Assembly: GCF_033153115.1 (NCBI RefSeq)
Contig: NW_026889771.1
Span: 7,936,001 to 8,000,000, forward strand
Direction: 5' to 3'
Origin: Saccostrea echinata
Lineage: Eukaryota
DNA: 64,000 nt
The notes beneath the pieces are model-generated. The model did no database searches, was not told the origin of the DNA, and worked only from the letters and a program-made list of their open reading frames with translations. Position numbers and translations under genes: made by a program. Shown here piece by piece: positions 13,676 through 27,500 of this stretch (the stretch's first letter is position 1; each line of letters opens with the position of its first letter).

Positions 13676-14471
13676 ACAGATTCACTATATTATCAATAGA
13701 GCCCCCTACCCACCCTCCCCAACGAGAAACACCAGAGCCTCTCACCCTGGGATCAGAAGTTTGCTCATCATAAGTAATCACTTTGTTTATCTGCTTAACA
13801 CTAAGGAGCAGACAGTATTATTTCATAGAATTAATGCATTTTTACTATATTATCAAGAGCCCCACCCTTACACCAGCACATCTGACCCAGGGGTCATGCA
13901 ATTCACTACTCTGGAAGATGCACTCTTGCTCATCATATCTATATACTTAGCTTCTTTGCTTTTTAACCAGAAGCAGAAAAGAATACTTTCAAAGAAATTT
14001 TGCTTTTTCACTATATAATCAATAGAGCCCCCCACCTTTTCACCAGAACCCTTGACGCTGGGGCCATGGAATTCACATTTTGGAAGAGGCATCCTTGCAT
14101 ATCATAACAATGTACTTAGTTTGTTTAAATAATACCCAGGGGCAGAGAAGAAGATTTTCAAATAAATAATTCACCTTCACTATAGGATCTATATAGCCCC
14201 ACCCTAGCACCAGAACCCCTGTCCCTGAGGCCACGAATTTCACAATTTTGGAAGAGGCATCCTTGCTTATCATAACAATGTACTTAGTTTGTTTAAATAA
14301 TACCCAGGAGCAGAGAAGAAGATTTTTAAAGCATTAATGCATTATCACTATATAATAAATAGAGCCCCACCCTAACATCAGAACCCCTGATCCAGGGGCC
14401 ATGAAATTCACAATTTTGGTAAGGTCATCATATCATAAATATGCATTTAATTTGTTTCAATAATACCCAAC

Positions 14472-14504
<33 letters not shown>

Positions 14505-14817
14505 CTTTTACTATATGATCTATATAGCCCCACCCTAGCACCAGAACCCCTGACCCTGGGGTCATGAATTTCACAATTTTGGTAAAGTCACCCTTGCTTA
14601 TCATAACTATGTACATGTATTCAATTTGTTTTAATAATACCCAGGAGTAAAGAAGAAGATTTTCAGAGAAATAATGCACTTTTACTATATGATCTACCGG
14701 TATGTAGCCCCGCCCTAGCACCAGAACCCCTGACCCTGGGGCCATCAATTTCACAATTTTGGCGGAGTCACCCTTGCTTTTCATAACTATGTATTCAATT
14801 TGTTTCAATAATACCCA

Positions 14818-14852
<35 letters not shown>

Positions 14853-15257
14853 CTTTCACTATATGATCTATATAGCCCTGCCCTAGCACCAGAACCCCTG
14901 ACTCCGGGGCCATGAATTTCACAATTTTGGTAGAGGGCTCAATGCTTATTACAATCATGCCAACAGATTGACCGCTTGATGTCCAGGAGTAAAGAAGAAG
15001 ATTTTTAAAGATTGCATTAATTTTGGTGGTTTTAGCCCCACCCCTCAGGCCCCAGGGGGCAGGGACCATGAAATTCACAAATTTTGTTCCCCTTTACACA
15101 TAGATAACATATGCTAAAATTGGCTGAAATTGGTTCAGTGGTTTCAGAGAAAAAGCTGAAAATGTTCAAATGTTAACACACGACGCACGATGCACGACGC
15201 ACGACGACGGACGAAAACAAATAGCAAAAGGTCACCTGAGTGACTCAGGTGACCTAA
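12998..15257 (+). mobile_element. Helentron/HINE-type element carrying an about 165-bp satellite array (Cg170/HindIII-like)
   Basis: 5' ACAAGAGGCCCAAGGGCCTTAACGGTCACCTGAG. About 8-9 units of AGAAGAAGATTTT...CCAGAACCCCTGACCC.GGGG.CATGAATTTCACAATTTTGG at about 13640-15090. (GAC)n-like microsatellite and terminal palindrome AGGTCACCTGAGT.ACTCAGGTGACCT. Confidence 0.85.
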
Positions 15258-15419
15258 TAAAATAGAGTGAAATATAATAAAAAATCGGCTTAGTTTAAAA
15301 TGACTGCTGTCACATTGTGGAGGTGCCCAACTATAAATCAAGACTCGGGATCCTTTAAAAGCTTCTTGTCGAGAGAAATATCCGCCATAGTCTCAGATCC
15401 TAAATCAATTTATGTCATT

Positions 15420-16640
15420 AGTGAAATATGATAACGATAACGAACAGTATTTAATCTCGAAAGTCCAATGAAACGATACAAATTTCGAGCAGACCGGTGG
15501 GATCAGGTGCCATGGAGGAGTGCGCATCCCCTGCCGACCGGTCATACTCGCCGTGTGCTCCTTGTCATGATTGGAAAAAAAACGGAAAAATCCGTAGACA
15601 GTTCAGTGTATAAATAATGGCCTAACAATTAATATGAAAAACTTTAGCCAGCATTCGACTCAATGATAGGTTGTATGTGCTGACAAGATCATTGTATCGA
15701 CCATAAAACTTGCAAAATGATGACTTCAAACGAGACTGTTGATATTCTTGTTTCATCAACTTGTTCGTCAATAGCTTGCCTCGTTTGAGAAATTGTTCAT
15801 ACGTAGAGCATGCTCTTGCATATCGAATCAACTGAGAGACATACATGTAAACCCCATATGCAAGTGAAACTTGCTACATAAGTAAGGGAAGTTGAAGTCA
15901 TCACGTTTATCATAAAGCTTTGTTGTTATGTTACCATTAAAGTCTTTTTCTGGTAAAATATCTAAATATGAAACAGATGTGTCAGACTCTGTGGTATCTT
16001 TTATTTCAAGCTCACTGGGATATATCGAGTCGACATATGAATGGAAGTAACTATTGTTAATTGATAATACGTCGTCGATATATCGAAATGTCGAGTTGAA
16101 GGCCACAGCAAGTATTTTCTTCTTCTCATGTAGAAGTTTTTGAATAAATTATGCTTCATATGAATACAAAAATGGTTTTTATTTTAGTGAGGAGTAAAGA
16201 AAGAGCTTGGTAGTATATTTACTGGAAATCCGCTATGTATCTTTGTTTCTAAGGAATTTTATGAAGTTTAGGAATCAACTAAGGGTATGGTAATTCAAAT
16301 TCATTTTGATTGTTGGGAATACTAAAAATATCTAAAACGGACACATGATTTTGAAGAATTTCCTCCTTAGAAAGGGGGCTAATGGTGTAAGTAGGATTGC
16401 CACCTGCAGAATTAAATCCTAGTTCCTCTAAAATACAATTCAAATCATGAGCCTTACAAACAAAGACTATATTGTTACCAGCTTTGTCAGCTTGGACCAG
16501 TATATACTGATATTCTGAATTATTAAAGACAGAAGGATAAATAGTTTGAATTATTAAAGACGGAAGGACAAGTATTTTTCATACAGCCCCTCCATCGCTT
16601 AATGCGAGATTTCCACGAGTTATTTTCAGTTTTCTTTTCA
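15420..16640 (-). mobile_element. Naiad PLE, deleted copy with RT C-terminus and 3' tail
   Basis: ORFs 15828-16106 (FRYIDDVLSINN, LYDKRDDF) and 15622-15846 (YVSQLIRYARAC...KFYGRY); hairpin at 15496-15552. Confidence 0.85.
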
Positions 16641-18029
16641 TAAAAAGTCTTACATTTGAAAAACATATACATGTACATTATTTATGAATTCAAAGGGATG
16701 CATTCGGATCTGTTCGTGTGTTTTATGGTCTGGGGGTCTCTGGGTGAACTATATACATGTACTAGTATTATTGACTGAATAGATATATGACGTATTTTTC
16801 CTCCGAGTTATTCCCCTTGGTCACCATCGCAGAGGTAAATCTTGTGAATTTTCCTCTTTGAGCAACCAAATTTAAACACGTATGGCAGAAATATGAGAAA
16901 ATTCTTTATAATATTAGAATTTTGAATGAACAAACATATATTCGTCAGAGAGATGTACGACTGATAGCTGAAGATCGCACTTTTGGTACAACTCTTTTTG
17001 TCTATATTAGCCATGGTTCGTGTTGTGGGATTTTCTAATTCTAGTTCAAAGCACATGCATTGCCTATTCTATACATGTAGCTTGTCATAAGAGTTAGTTG
17101 GGGAACGTCAGGAATAATAAGTTACCATACATGTTACTCGTATTATGTGAAATTCAAGTCTTCTGACAATTCCCTCGAAACATTTTTACTTTGATATGAA
17201 TTTATGATTAAGCAAGAATGTTAACCTATGGGGCTGTTTTCTGGAACGAAAAAAAGTTCACCGAGATCTCCTCATTTCTGTGAGTGATATTGTAAAGACT
17301 TTTCAGCACATTTCATATCAAATTATCGTTTATTTGAGAGTAATTTTTGAAAGAAAAGAACCCACTTGAATTGCAACATAATCATTGAGAGGAGACACAG
17401 TCTAATCTAGTTCCAACAAAGCATTAATATGAATACACTCTCTGAATTCTTGCGTGGACCATTTATAATGCATTAAAACTTCAGATTTCCTGCATCATAT
17501 TTATTTTGCTACTACAAAACATAACAGATATTTTATATCCTATTACATGTATATCTAAAGACCGATTGCAGAAGTACATGAGTTTAGCAACAACATAGGC
17601 AATCATTGTGGTATGGAGTTTCTGTGTACGTTCTGTGAATCCATAATCTATATAAATATAACTCGTTAGGCCAATTTGTACATCACAGAAAAAGGATAGG
17701 GAGACAAGATATCTCATTATCGCGCCCCCCTTCAGTTAATGTTCTTAACAAATAGGCAATGCGATATATGGACTCTTGTAGAGCAAGAAGCCTTATGGGG
17801 TTTTAGGTCTCCAAAGATCGGTCGGGGCAATTTTATTCTTTTCCGAGATATTTTAACATTTTTTTCTAATACATAAATACGTATGTATATTTGGAAATTT
17901 CTTCCTGGTCATTTAAAATCAGAGATATATTTTTAAAAACGACATGGATCAAAGAAAAAAAACCTTTGGGGAGGAGGGTTGAAACAGATACTACATGTAT
18001 TTCGGAAAACATTTTACCAACATAATGTG

Positions 18030-18077
18030 TTTTTTTGTTTTGTTTCGTTTTGTTTTGTTTTGTTTTGTTTTTTTTTG
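18030..18077. repeat. (GTTTT)n microsatellite
   Basis: Seen directly. Confidence 0.85.
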
Positions 18078-21000
18078 ATAGCTTAACTTAATGTGCTCTA
18101 TGACTTTTTAACATGGAGTAAAAGAAAAAGGATATCCTTCATTAATTCTCATAATCGAGTTTGGCTTTTTGTAAAATACGCCATGCAGGCGTCAAAATTC
18201 GGTTTATGTGTAATAACTTTAATATCTTGAAATACTTTCAAGACCCTCTTTGGTTTTACCATATTTTTATGAATTAATAGTGGAGTAAAATTTGTACATA
18301 AAACTCTCTGTAATCCACGTCCATTTTAGACAAGCCTTTTTCTTCCATTTACTATTCTTATAAACTTCTATTTCAATCGAGACACGAGTATATAGATCTC
18401 TTGGGCGTCTTATATCTGCGCTCTGTTGCAGAAACCGTTAAATTAAACACTGAAAATTGCGACATATACCGTTATTTACGATATTTATTTTATTTTTCCA
18501 CAATTTAAACTGTTGAATATATGACTGAATTTAAAATAAATCACCCTCTTTTTTAAATATTTCCCCCTTTTTATAAACATTATAAATATACGTCATTCTT
18601 AGTATAATTTTACTCATACTATACTGCAAAATTTTGATCGATTTCCCTTGACTGTAGAGTAATTCTTAAAAATTTAACTGAAACCGTTTCTGTTGTTCAA
18701 ATACAGGATGTTGTGTTGACGTCATATGGCTCTCTAAGGGCACCTTGCAGACAAACAACGCTGTTCTCACGTAGCAAAATCTTTTTATTTGGAAAAGTAC
18801 CATTTTAAATAGCCTATCAGATGTCTTTGTACTTGTAAATTAGTTACTTTACCATAATTAGCACAGATTTTTTTCTCTAGGCATTTCTGTAAATAGATTT
18901 TCAGTACAACTCCAGACTGCATCCATTTGTACACAAAATATCTTATTTTATCGACACAAGTGAAATGGAAAAATACCAAATCGACTGCTCTTTTTCTCCT
19001 TCCCACCTATGAAGAAGTTCTAAATGTTGGTTGTAAAAGCAACTTCACTTAAAATAAATGAAAGAAGGACGCACTCGACATGGCAGAAAATGAATTCGTC
19101 ATCCATAAGTCATTTCTACACATCCAAGAATCATAATCTAATAAATTTTCCACAAAAGCTGAAACAAATGACAGAAAATCCGTTTAGTACCCTTTAATGG
19201 TTCCATTATTATATCAAATATGGACATGACAAAAGCAATCATTTTAAAAATCAAATTATAAAAGTTTGCCGGCATCCTGTTTTCAACAGCTAATTCAACA
19301 AATCTGCAAATTATGTAATCTGTGACAGTTAGAAGATGCATTTTGTTTTAATTCAAGCAGTTCTGTATTAAAACATTTGTCATCACTTTGTTGTTTTCTC
19401 TTTAGCATGTTAATAAGCTGTAAAATAAAATCAAATGGTCCTCCTCAGAGGCAGCGCTGCATGCAGGATCAAAGACAGTTGTTTACCCAGTACTGTCCTC
19501 AAGAGTAATCTAGCATATATTTTTAACAATCGAAATTATGAAAATGACAGATACAATCAGTTTAATATGGTTTTATTCCCCTGAAGTAAAAACAGTCATT
19601 TAATTTTTAATTTGCTTTAGTTTGTACTAAGTGCTGGTTATGTTAATGCAGCTTGTGAAGAACAGCAACACAAATTTAAACCTTAGATATATTCAATGTT
19701 TATTTGAATTTCATTCAAACACATCAGTTAACTTGATGCAAATAAATTCAAGAGTTCATGTGATTAAGATTACAGGTCTTATTTAACTAAATGATATTTT
19801 TACTTTTAAAATTGGGTTTAAACCCATTCACCTTTTCTACTTTGTGTTAATAAAATTGAAAATGAATTATGAATAAATTAACATGTAATCCAATGACAAA
19901 AAAATATGACCATGTTACATTTTTCCAACAATCATCCTCAATTGATTAGCATTCTAAATGGAAATGGTGAAATACCTACTGCATTATTATAAATAAAATC
20001 AAACACAGTCAATATACATTTAATATCCAATAACTATGAAATGTGATCAAAAATGTTAACAAATTGATTATAATATTGCACTACAAAACTACAGAAAATC
20101 AAAATTGAAATAAACATTTAATTAAGCAATTAAATGATGATCACAAAAATACTTACCCATTATACAAGTGTATACCTTAATCAGAATGTAATACATGTAC
20201 ATGTAAAACAGAGTGACTAGTCTATTGATAGAGGTCCTAACTGTGTGCAATATATTTCAAATAAAAATATGCTTTCCATATTTCACAACAACTGTTCTGT
20301 ATATAAACTTCCTTTTGCATATATTTCAGGTACTGCAACCTCATTATATCAGTAATACTAGCAGTTTTTAAAACGATTTCTAAATGATAAAGAAATCACG
20401 AAAAAAAATCCAAAGCCTACAAAAAAATTAGCAGAGATGATTGGAACAAAGTTCATGTGGAAGAACTTTTATATAAAGTTCTATTTCTCAATACTTTTAT
20501 TTTTAAACATTACATTGTGAAACTCAAATAACTTTATTTTTCAAGTACATACTGGTATTATTTTAAAATAATTATGTTCAAAGTTTCATTGAATTTGATC
20601 ATAAATCAACTATTTGATATCAACATCAATGATTACAAACCTAACCTTGCAATAATGCAGCCTGAACTTACATAAGCATCGCAAGAACTTACAATAATAC
20701 TTATATATAGCATGGTAATAACACAGTATACAAGGATTCAAGGCATCAAACATGCTACATGACTATATACATAACAGAAAAACTCAACAATATAGGTTTG
20801 GCTTTATACATGTTTGATTGACAATCATTAATTTGGCAGTAAATATAGAGGCTCAGGAAGCAGTATGCTGATGATTTGGAAATTGGCATTAAACTCTTAA
20901 ATTTCATTTTCAGTTAAGATAAATTAAAAGACAGTACAAGAAAGAAAGAACACACAGTGGAATTTTATACATACACCTAGAAAATATCGCATTATGACTT

Positions 21001-21629
21001 TGAATAATAATAAAGAGTAAAAATTTGGTTTCAACAGGAAAATAGAATTATGTATTGTACTTCAAGGAAGAACAAAGGACAAGGGAAACTTGAGATAAAA
21101 ATAAATATATACAGAGATGTCTGGAGAGTGATAAACCTTTGTGACCTCAATGTATGTACTGTAGGACCTTATAACACAAAAAGATGCAAGGCCACTTAGT
21201 ATATGGTCATATTCATCAGTGTATTTATTTGTTAAAGTACCCCAAAAATTAACTTCGTTGCACATTAATGGCTTTTGAGGCAAATATGGCATGAAAAAAA
21301 TAAACAGTTCAAAAATGAAAATATAAAAATACGTCCAATATTATCTTTGATTTTTGAGGTTACACATATAAATTTGTGAATGTTTGCTCTCTCTTATGAT
21401 CATGAAAACAGAAAAAAATGGTGTCATGAAAAGCTGGTGAGCTACAGAAGAATTGAGTGATTTACCATACTTCATGTAAATTTAACCTCCCGCATACACC
21501 AAACTAGACAGTTACTTTTTAAATAAACTTGTTTCTTTAAAATAAGGATTCCAAATTTTGAATGAACTCTAAATTTCCCTCAGTAATATACTGGAAGAAG
21601 TTATACAAAATTAAAACAAAGGTACATGT

Positions 21630-23410
21630 AATCAAAGAGTACAAAGCTCACCTCAAGGAATGTTGTCTTTAAGTAAGTCAAAGTCCTAAACTGAACAAAT
21701 ATTCTGGTAGTGTGCATCCCTAGATGCAAAATTTATGCTAGTTTGGTCTGATCAGGATTTTCAGTTACTTAGGAATTGACTTGCTCCAAAAACTTTTTTC
21801 TGTTCCATCATTTGTAAAATGTAAGATTCAGCTTCCAAGCAAAGCCTGGAGTGTGCATACCTAGATACACCATCCATGCAAGTTTGCAGGTCAGCATATA
21901 TAGGGCTCAAAGTAGCCTGGGAATGAACCTCTTTAAATACTCACGTAAGTTTGCAAAAGGAAGGCTTATAGTAACTAAAGAATGGACATGCTCAAAAAAA
22001 CTTTAACTATTGAATCATTTGTAGAGTGTAGGTCAGATCCAGTATCTGAAGCAAGTCTGGTAGTGTTTATCCCTCGATGCATCATCCATGCGAGTTTAGT
22101 CACCATGTTTATAGTTAATTAGGTCCTGCTCTAAAAACTTTAACATGGTCATTCCTCTGGAAAATATAGGTCAAATCCAGCATCTGAAGCAGATATGGTA
22201 TTGTGATTCCCTAGATGCATCATACATTCAAGACTGGTCCAGGTAGGACTTACTTTAGATTGAACTGCTCCAAAAACTTTAACTTTACCACTCCTCTGGA
22301 AAATGTAGGTCAGATCCAAAATCAGAAGCAAGTCTGTAGTGTGCATCCCTGGATGTATCATCCCTGCAAGTTTGGTCACAACAGGGCTTACAGTTACTTA
22401 AGAATGAACCTGTTTCAAAAACTTTATCTGGCCATTCATCCAAAAAATGTAGTCAGATCTAACAACTGAAGCAAATCTGGTAGTGTGCAGCACCAGATGT
22501 GTTATCCATGCAATTTTGTCACCATAGGGCTTATAGTTACTTGGGAAAGAGACCTACTCCAAAAACAACAAGAAAACATTGATGTAACCATCAATTGTCG
22601 CCCGGGAAATAAATAAAGTAAACAATGGAAATAAGTCTTTATCATCAAACCGCTTCGATATGTGTGAAAAAGGCATGCGTCTAAATGATGGAGACAATAG
22701 TCGAGAATATTTTGAAAACTTATAGTCGGATGAAAATCGAACAAAAACGATACCCTTTTAAACTTTATCAATTCCTCAAGTAAATGTTGGCTGCATAAAA
22801 TATAATTTGAAACCAGACGCATGCATCACCTATTTTCAAAAATATCTTTCACTTTAAGAATATAAAACACGAACTGTGTAAAGTACATTTTTACGTTTTT
22901 ATGCGATAAATAAAATTCGATGTTCTAAAAAAAGGAACCTGTCGTTTTTTCGATAGTAAATGATAAGCAACTTTATATATTAAATATGAAAAACATATAT
23001 ATTTTTACAGATTCACTTTATGGAAGTAAATATATTGTGTATCTCGTAATTTATAAAGGGAAAGAACATTCTGATTAACAATCTTTTTAATGTTTAGAAA
23101 ACCTTTAATTCTGAATAACTTCTCCCACCTCAATCCCCATATACCAACACTTAAACTTATATGTATAGAGCAGCCCGGTCCTCCGGGCTGCAATAACTGG
23201 GTCATTTTTTTTTTGGCTCAAATGCAGAAAACAAAACCTGATTGATACAATAAAACATGCTAAATGCATCCTCCATGCATCTCTGATCAACATAGGGTAT
23301 AGAAGTTCTTGGAAAGAAATCTGCTCCAAAAAAGTTTAACCTGGGACACTGAAGCAGACACCAAAGGTATTACATTAGCTACCCAAACTTTGTAGAGGTG
23401 AGCTAAAAAT
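21630..23410 (+). mobile_element. Degenerate HINE-type element with about 140-bp tandem units, interrupted by a second element
   Basis: GTAGTGTGCATCCCT.GATG recurs at about 21708, 21850, 22060, 22198, 22336 and 22480; terminal TAGCT...GAGCTAAAAA at about 23376-23409. Confidence 0.55.
22567..23200 (+). mobile_element. Helitron/Helentron-like non-autonomous element
   Basis: 5' AACAAG start; 3' GC hairpin GCAGCCCGG-TCCT-CCGGGCTGC (23170-23191) just before a CTRR-type end (CTGG). Confidence 0.5.
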
Positions 23411-24097
23411 AAGATATTGTTGGCAATAAATGGATGTGGAAAATTATATAGTACCTCACTATCAGTGCCACACTGTAAATGGCATTTTTTGTTTGAATAC
23501 ATTGATACACCTTTTACAAACACAAACAATTTCACAATATTTAAAAAGTCTAGAGCATTAGCACATAGTGAACAAAATGAATACATAAACACATACATGT
23601 ATATCATAGAACATACTCACTATCACAAAATATACATATATTTTTAAAATAAAACAGATTAATTGTAACAATGTATTTGCTAAAATTCAGCCCTTTATAC
23701 CATTAATATTGCCTTCTTTCTTAACAAAAAGAAAATATGGCTTAAGTGCACATACTTCTAAATATTAACATCACTGTAAAAAGCATAATTATTTCATATT
23801 TATTAATTTTGAGCTTTGAACAAATTTTTTTTCTTTTGTTTGCAGTTTTCCTTCAATACCTATGTCATTAATTTGAGACCTTAACTACATTATATTTGAA
23901 GTCACTATCCTACTTAAAAAAGGGGGTGAAAATAAAGCTGCATGTAGTATTTTATCTCTACTCATCTGACAGTTTCTAATTCCATTCAAAATCAAAAGCA
24001 ATTAAAAGGGACTTTCCATATTGTAAATGTATATGTAGAACAAAAAGTTACCAGGTACTTGAATGACCTAAACCATATACCTATAAGAATAATACAA

Positions 24098-24542
24098 TCA
24101 TAATTCATCATGTTTTACTTGGTACTGCTTCAAGTCCCTGTCTTTCAGAATGTCTACAAAGTGTTTCTTCAGCACAGACTGAGAGAGTCTCTCATGTGTG
24201 TGAGAAAACAACAGTTTCTGAAGAAGACTAGCTTTCCAGACCTTTCTTTGTACAGTCCTGTACCTCACCCACAGGGACCTTAGGCCCCCCTCTACCACAA
24301 CCCTCCCTTGAGCTCTCCTCTGAAGCAGAAGGTTAAGCCTTCTCTTGATGTTGCGTTTCCTCGCTCTAAGGTGCGTCATGGCACGTACGACCTGCCTCCT
24401 GTTATGACTGACACAAGTTTTACTGCAAATGTCCACTACTGTGTCCGTTTTGACTTCACTAGTGGCATGAGATAAAATGAACTTGATCAGGTTGGGTAGT
24501 GTCCTGGAGACATTGGATGGAAATATCACACTGTCTTCCTTC
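24098..24542 (-). CDS. TXNDC11: TXNDC11 exon 14 (terminal; coiled-coil-like region and HDEL)
   Basis: RKEDSVIFPSNVSRTLPNLIKFILSHA...QVKHDEL-stop. Confidence 0.93.
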
Positions 24543-27500
24543 CTGCAAGAGAAAATGCAACGTTAACCAAATCATCTAAAAGCATGTGTAAATACTTCTT
24601 TGTATAAGAGTTCAACTTTGTATTGAATCAGGACTGATCCACTTTCAGCAGAATTCTATGATACATGTCTGTACCACAAGTACTGGTTAGTAGAAAAGAA
24701 AGACCATGCATCTTCTATACAAACTTTTCTGATCAATCTTACAACTATCAGTCATTACGTGTAATTGTATTTTTTTCTTCTTCGAACAATTGAAAATTCA
24801 TATGAAAAATAGCTTTATTACATCTATGGTAACAGCTACAATGTTGCCTCAGGAAAAACATCTGATATAAACATCTGACAATAATATTGTCCACAGTCTG
24901 AACTTTCCCAAGCCCTTATCTACTGAATTCAAGCAATGTTCTGTGACATGACCTCATAAAAACTTATCCCTTTATGAAACATCTATCATACTTATGTACA
25001 GATGAAGGATAGCACCAGATCGGATTATAGTCCAATCTTTGCTAAACCCAAATTTAATTGTTCCAAGGGGATGTGGATGATGGAAGAACTTGACTGAGAT
25101 ATATGCTGTTTACTGATGTATAAGTGTGTCTCGCGACTCCCCTTAATGGCTTTCTCTTGCTAAAGGAGAGCCTGTTGTGTTATTCCCGACCTTTCATTGG
25201 ACAACATTAAACTTTTACGTAAAATAGACCAAATATTTTAATTACTTTTCTGGCTTAAGGAAGAGTACAAACTAGAGATTGGTGCTTGTAAATTAACTGC
25301 TCAGAGAGAAAACAAGAACTTACATTGCATCATTTTCCATGCTAAATTGATACATACATTTCCTTGACAATTGATTTGTTGCACTAGCGATTACATTGCT
25401 TACTAGATAAGCATACAGTAAAACATTTAAAGTGACCTAAAGAGTGTAAACTAGGTGAAATACTGTGTGTTAAAATTGTCTAGAGCAAGTCCTACTTCAT
25501 CTCTAAATGAAGAAAATGAGAGTTCCTATGAATATGAAATATTTGCAGGAAGAGTATATTTAGACATGATCAAGTTTTTCTGAGTTTGAAATATTTGCAG
25601 GAAGGGGATACTGGGCTGCAGAAAGCAAATGAGACTAAACCATAACTGACTCCCCTTTACACCAAATCATTGATATGTATATGAATGCTACAGGCTGTAT
25701 TAATAAAGCACCTCAAATACCAATTACTTCAAAATATCACCAGACTTTTATGCCTCTATGTAATTTTCTTGGGGAAAAACAAAGCCATCAAGCATTTTAA
25801 TTTAAAAAGGACCTCCACTATCAAGCAATTGGGGGTTACGATGATGCATCTCTCTTCAATGCAAGATAAAATCAAGGAATATTTCAATCTAGCATTCAGT
25901 TGGGAAAAGGGGATAGGAAAAGTGCAGATGACAACTGGAAGCAGTGACAAACACTAGGCTTCAAGCAGACCCAGATATATCTCCTCACATTTTTCAGTCA
26001 TTCCCAATTAAATGCAGTTTGGAATGACAAGACCGATTCTAGGTAATCTTCCTCTGGGAATTGAAAAGATTTGAAATTAAATTTCAGTGGTAATTTAGAG
26101 ATCAGTTCTCCATTGGCTGGCATCACACTGGTGGATTTGTTTTGTGATATCAGAGGATTTAAACATAACTGATCACTAATCAAGACTTCTTACTTAATCC
26201 ATTGCTTTAGTGCAACAATCAACATTAAACTCTACTACAACACAATACAAAAGTACACAGACTGCAAAATACCTATGAGACTGTACAAAACTTTATATTT
26301 TACTATTGGTGAACATAAATAACAGAATTAGCACCAATCATTTTGCCAAGTTTTATTTCAATTTGTATTCCAGTCAATTCATGCATGGTCTCAAAATGGC
26401 AACAGAAAATTTTGCACTGACTGGCATATCTACTTGCAAATTATGGCTTGGCTATAGAACTGAAAGCAATTTCATCTGCACAGAAACTTAATTCTCTTAA
26501 GAATATTGTGTATTTAATTCTCTAAGCTCTCTCATCTATATATCTAAACATTTACCAAACATCCATTTGAGAAATATGTACACAGATAATGGGTTTATCA
26601 CTTTGAATACAATTTTTAATAACTCAGAAATCCAATTATATGAAAAGTGATGAAGCTAGAGACAATGAAATAGATCTGCAGGCTTAAAACACTAGGCAAA
26701 TTCTAGTCTGTCATGTGTATAGTAATTGACTTGTCAAAAATGAAGATGAGATCAGCACAAACCAATATTGTGGAGCAAGAGTCACTGAGTAAAACACAGC
26801 TATACATGACAATTTTTATCAAAACCATGCTACAGAATATAATTATTTAAAAAGTACAAATTCCTTGTCTCAAAGACTTAATAAAAGAATACATATTCTT
26901 GTACCAGTGATGGACAGATTAAATAATTTTTTTTTGCCTGTTTTGCACAGTGAGGAAACCATTTGTGACCCTTGTTACATTTAAATACTTTCCCCCATTT
27001 TATCATTATCTTGATATCTGGACAAAACCCAATAATTTTATTACAGAACCTATTTACATAAATTCACCTCCTCCATTCCACAAATACATCTCTAATATCT
27101 AGCTGGTGAGAATGCATACACATCATTTTACTGCCAAGAATATTTTCTAGCTATTGCCCTCTTTAATCATGCTTTACTAGGAACCCATTTCTCATTTCTG
27201 CTAGGGAGTCCTCTTAATATACAGCTTAAGCATTCATAAGGCCCCCTGAGACAGAGGCATTGTGGCAACACAAAATTTAACACCACCATTTTTGACAAGG
27301 CTGCATATCTTGAAGTTCCCCATGGTAACTAATCATAATTTTTTATCAGTCTTTCCTTATACTGAAATAATGTTGATAAGATTTTGTTGTGGTGGTGAAG
27401 ACAATGAAATGTCTCAGCTTATCCTCTCAGTTTTTGACAGTGACGTTAGTGATGATAATGTGAAGGCTAATTTATATTCAATTTGGTTTTGAGGTGAATC

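Larger units (their letters stand above)
8790..17110. repeat. Old three-copy tandem segmental duplication (core unit about 1.5 kb, expanded by insertions)
   Basis: Collinear anchors: AATC(T/A)CAAATAAGC at 8791/10317/12254; CCTAAGGT at 9401/10559/12897; (C/T)GTCGAGAGA at 9735/10784/15367; GATCGCACTTTT at 9879/11000/16973; TTGTCATAAGAGTT near 9970/11221/11822/17082. Confidence 0.75.

Noticed and set aside
14428-15078. 216-aa ORF with internal repeats (also 13761-14273 ORFs)
   Set aside because: Translation of the about 165-bp satellite; unit lengths near multiples of 3 keep a frame open by chance.
18717-18791. CRE palindrome TGACGTCA and a nearby AATAAA as a promoter or the TXNDC11 poly(A) site
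   Set aside because: Both motifs recur often in this AT-rich window; the 3' UTR end cannot be fixed without transcript data.
25998-26183. Possible extra TXNDC11 exon or nested gene in intron 13
   Set aside because: Exons 13 and 14 join in phase without it; no recognisable homology or convincing splice pair.
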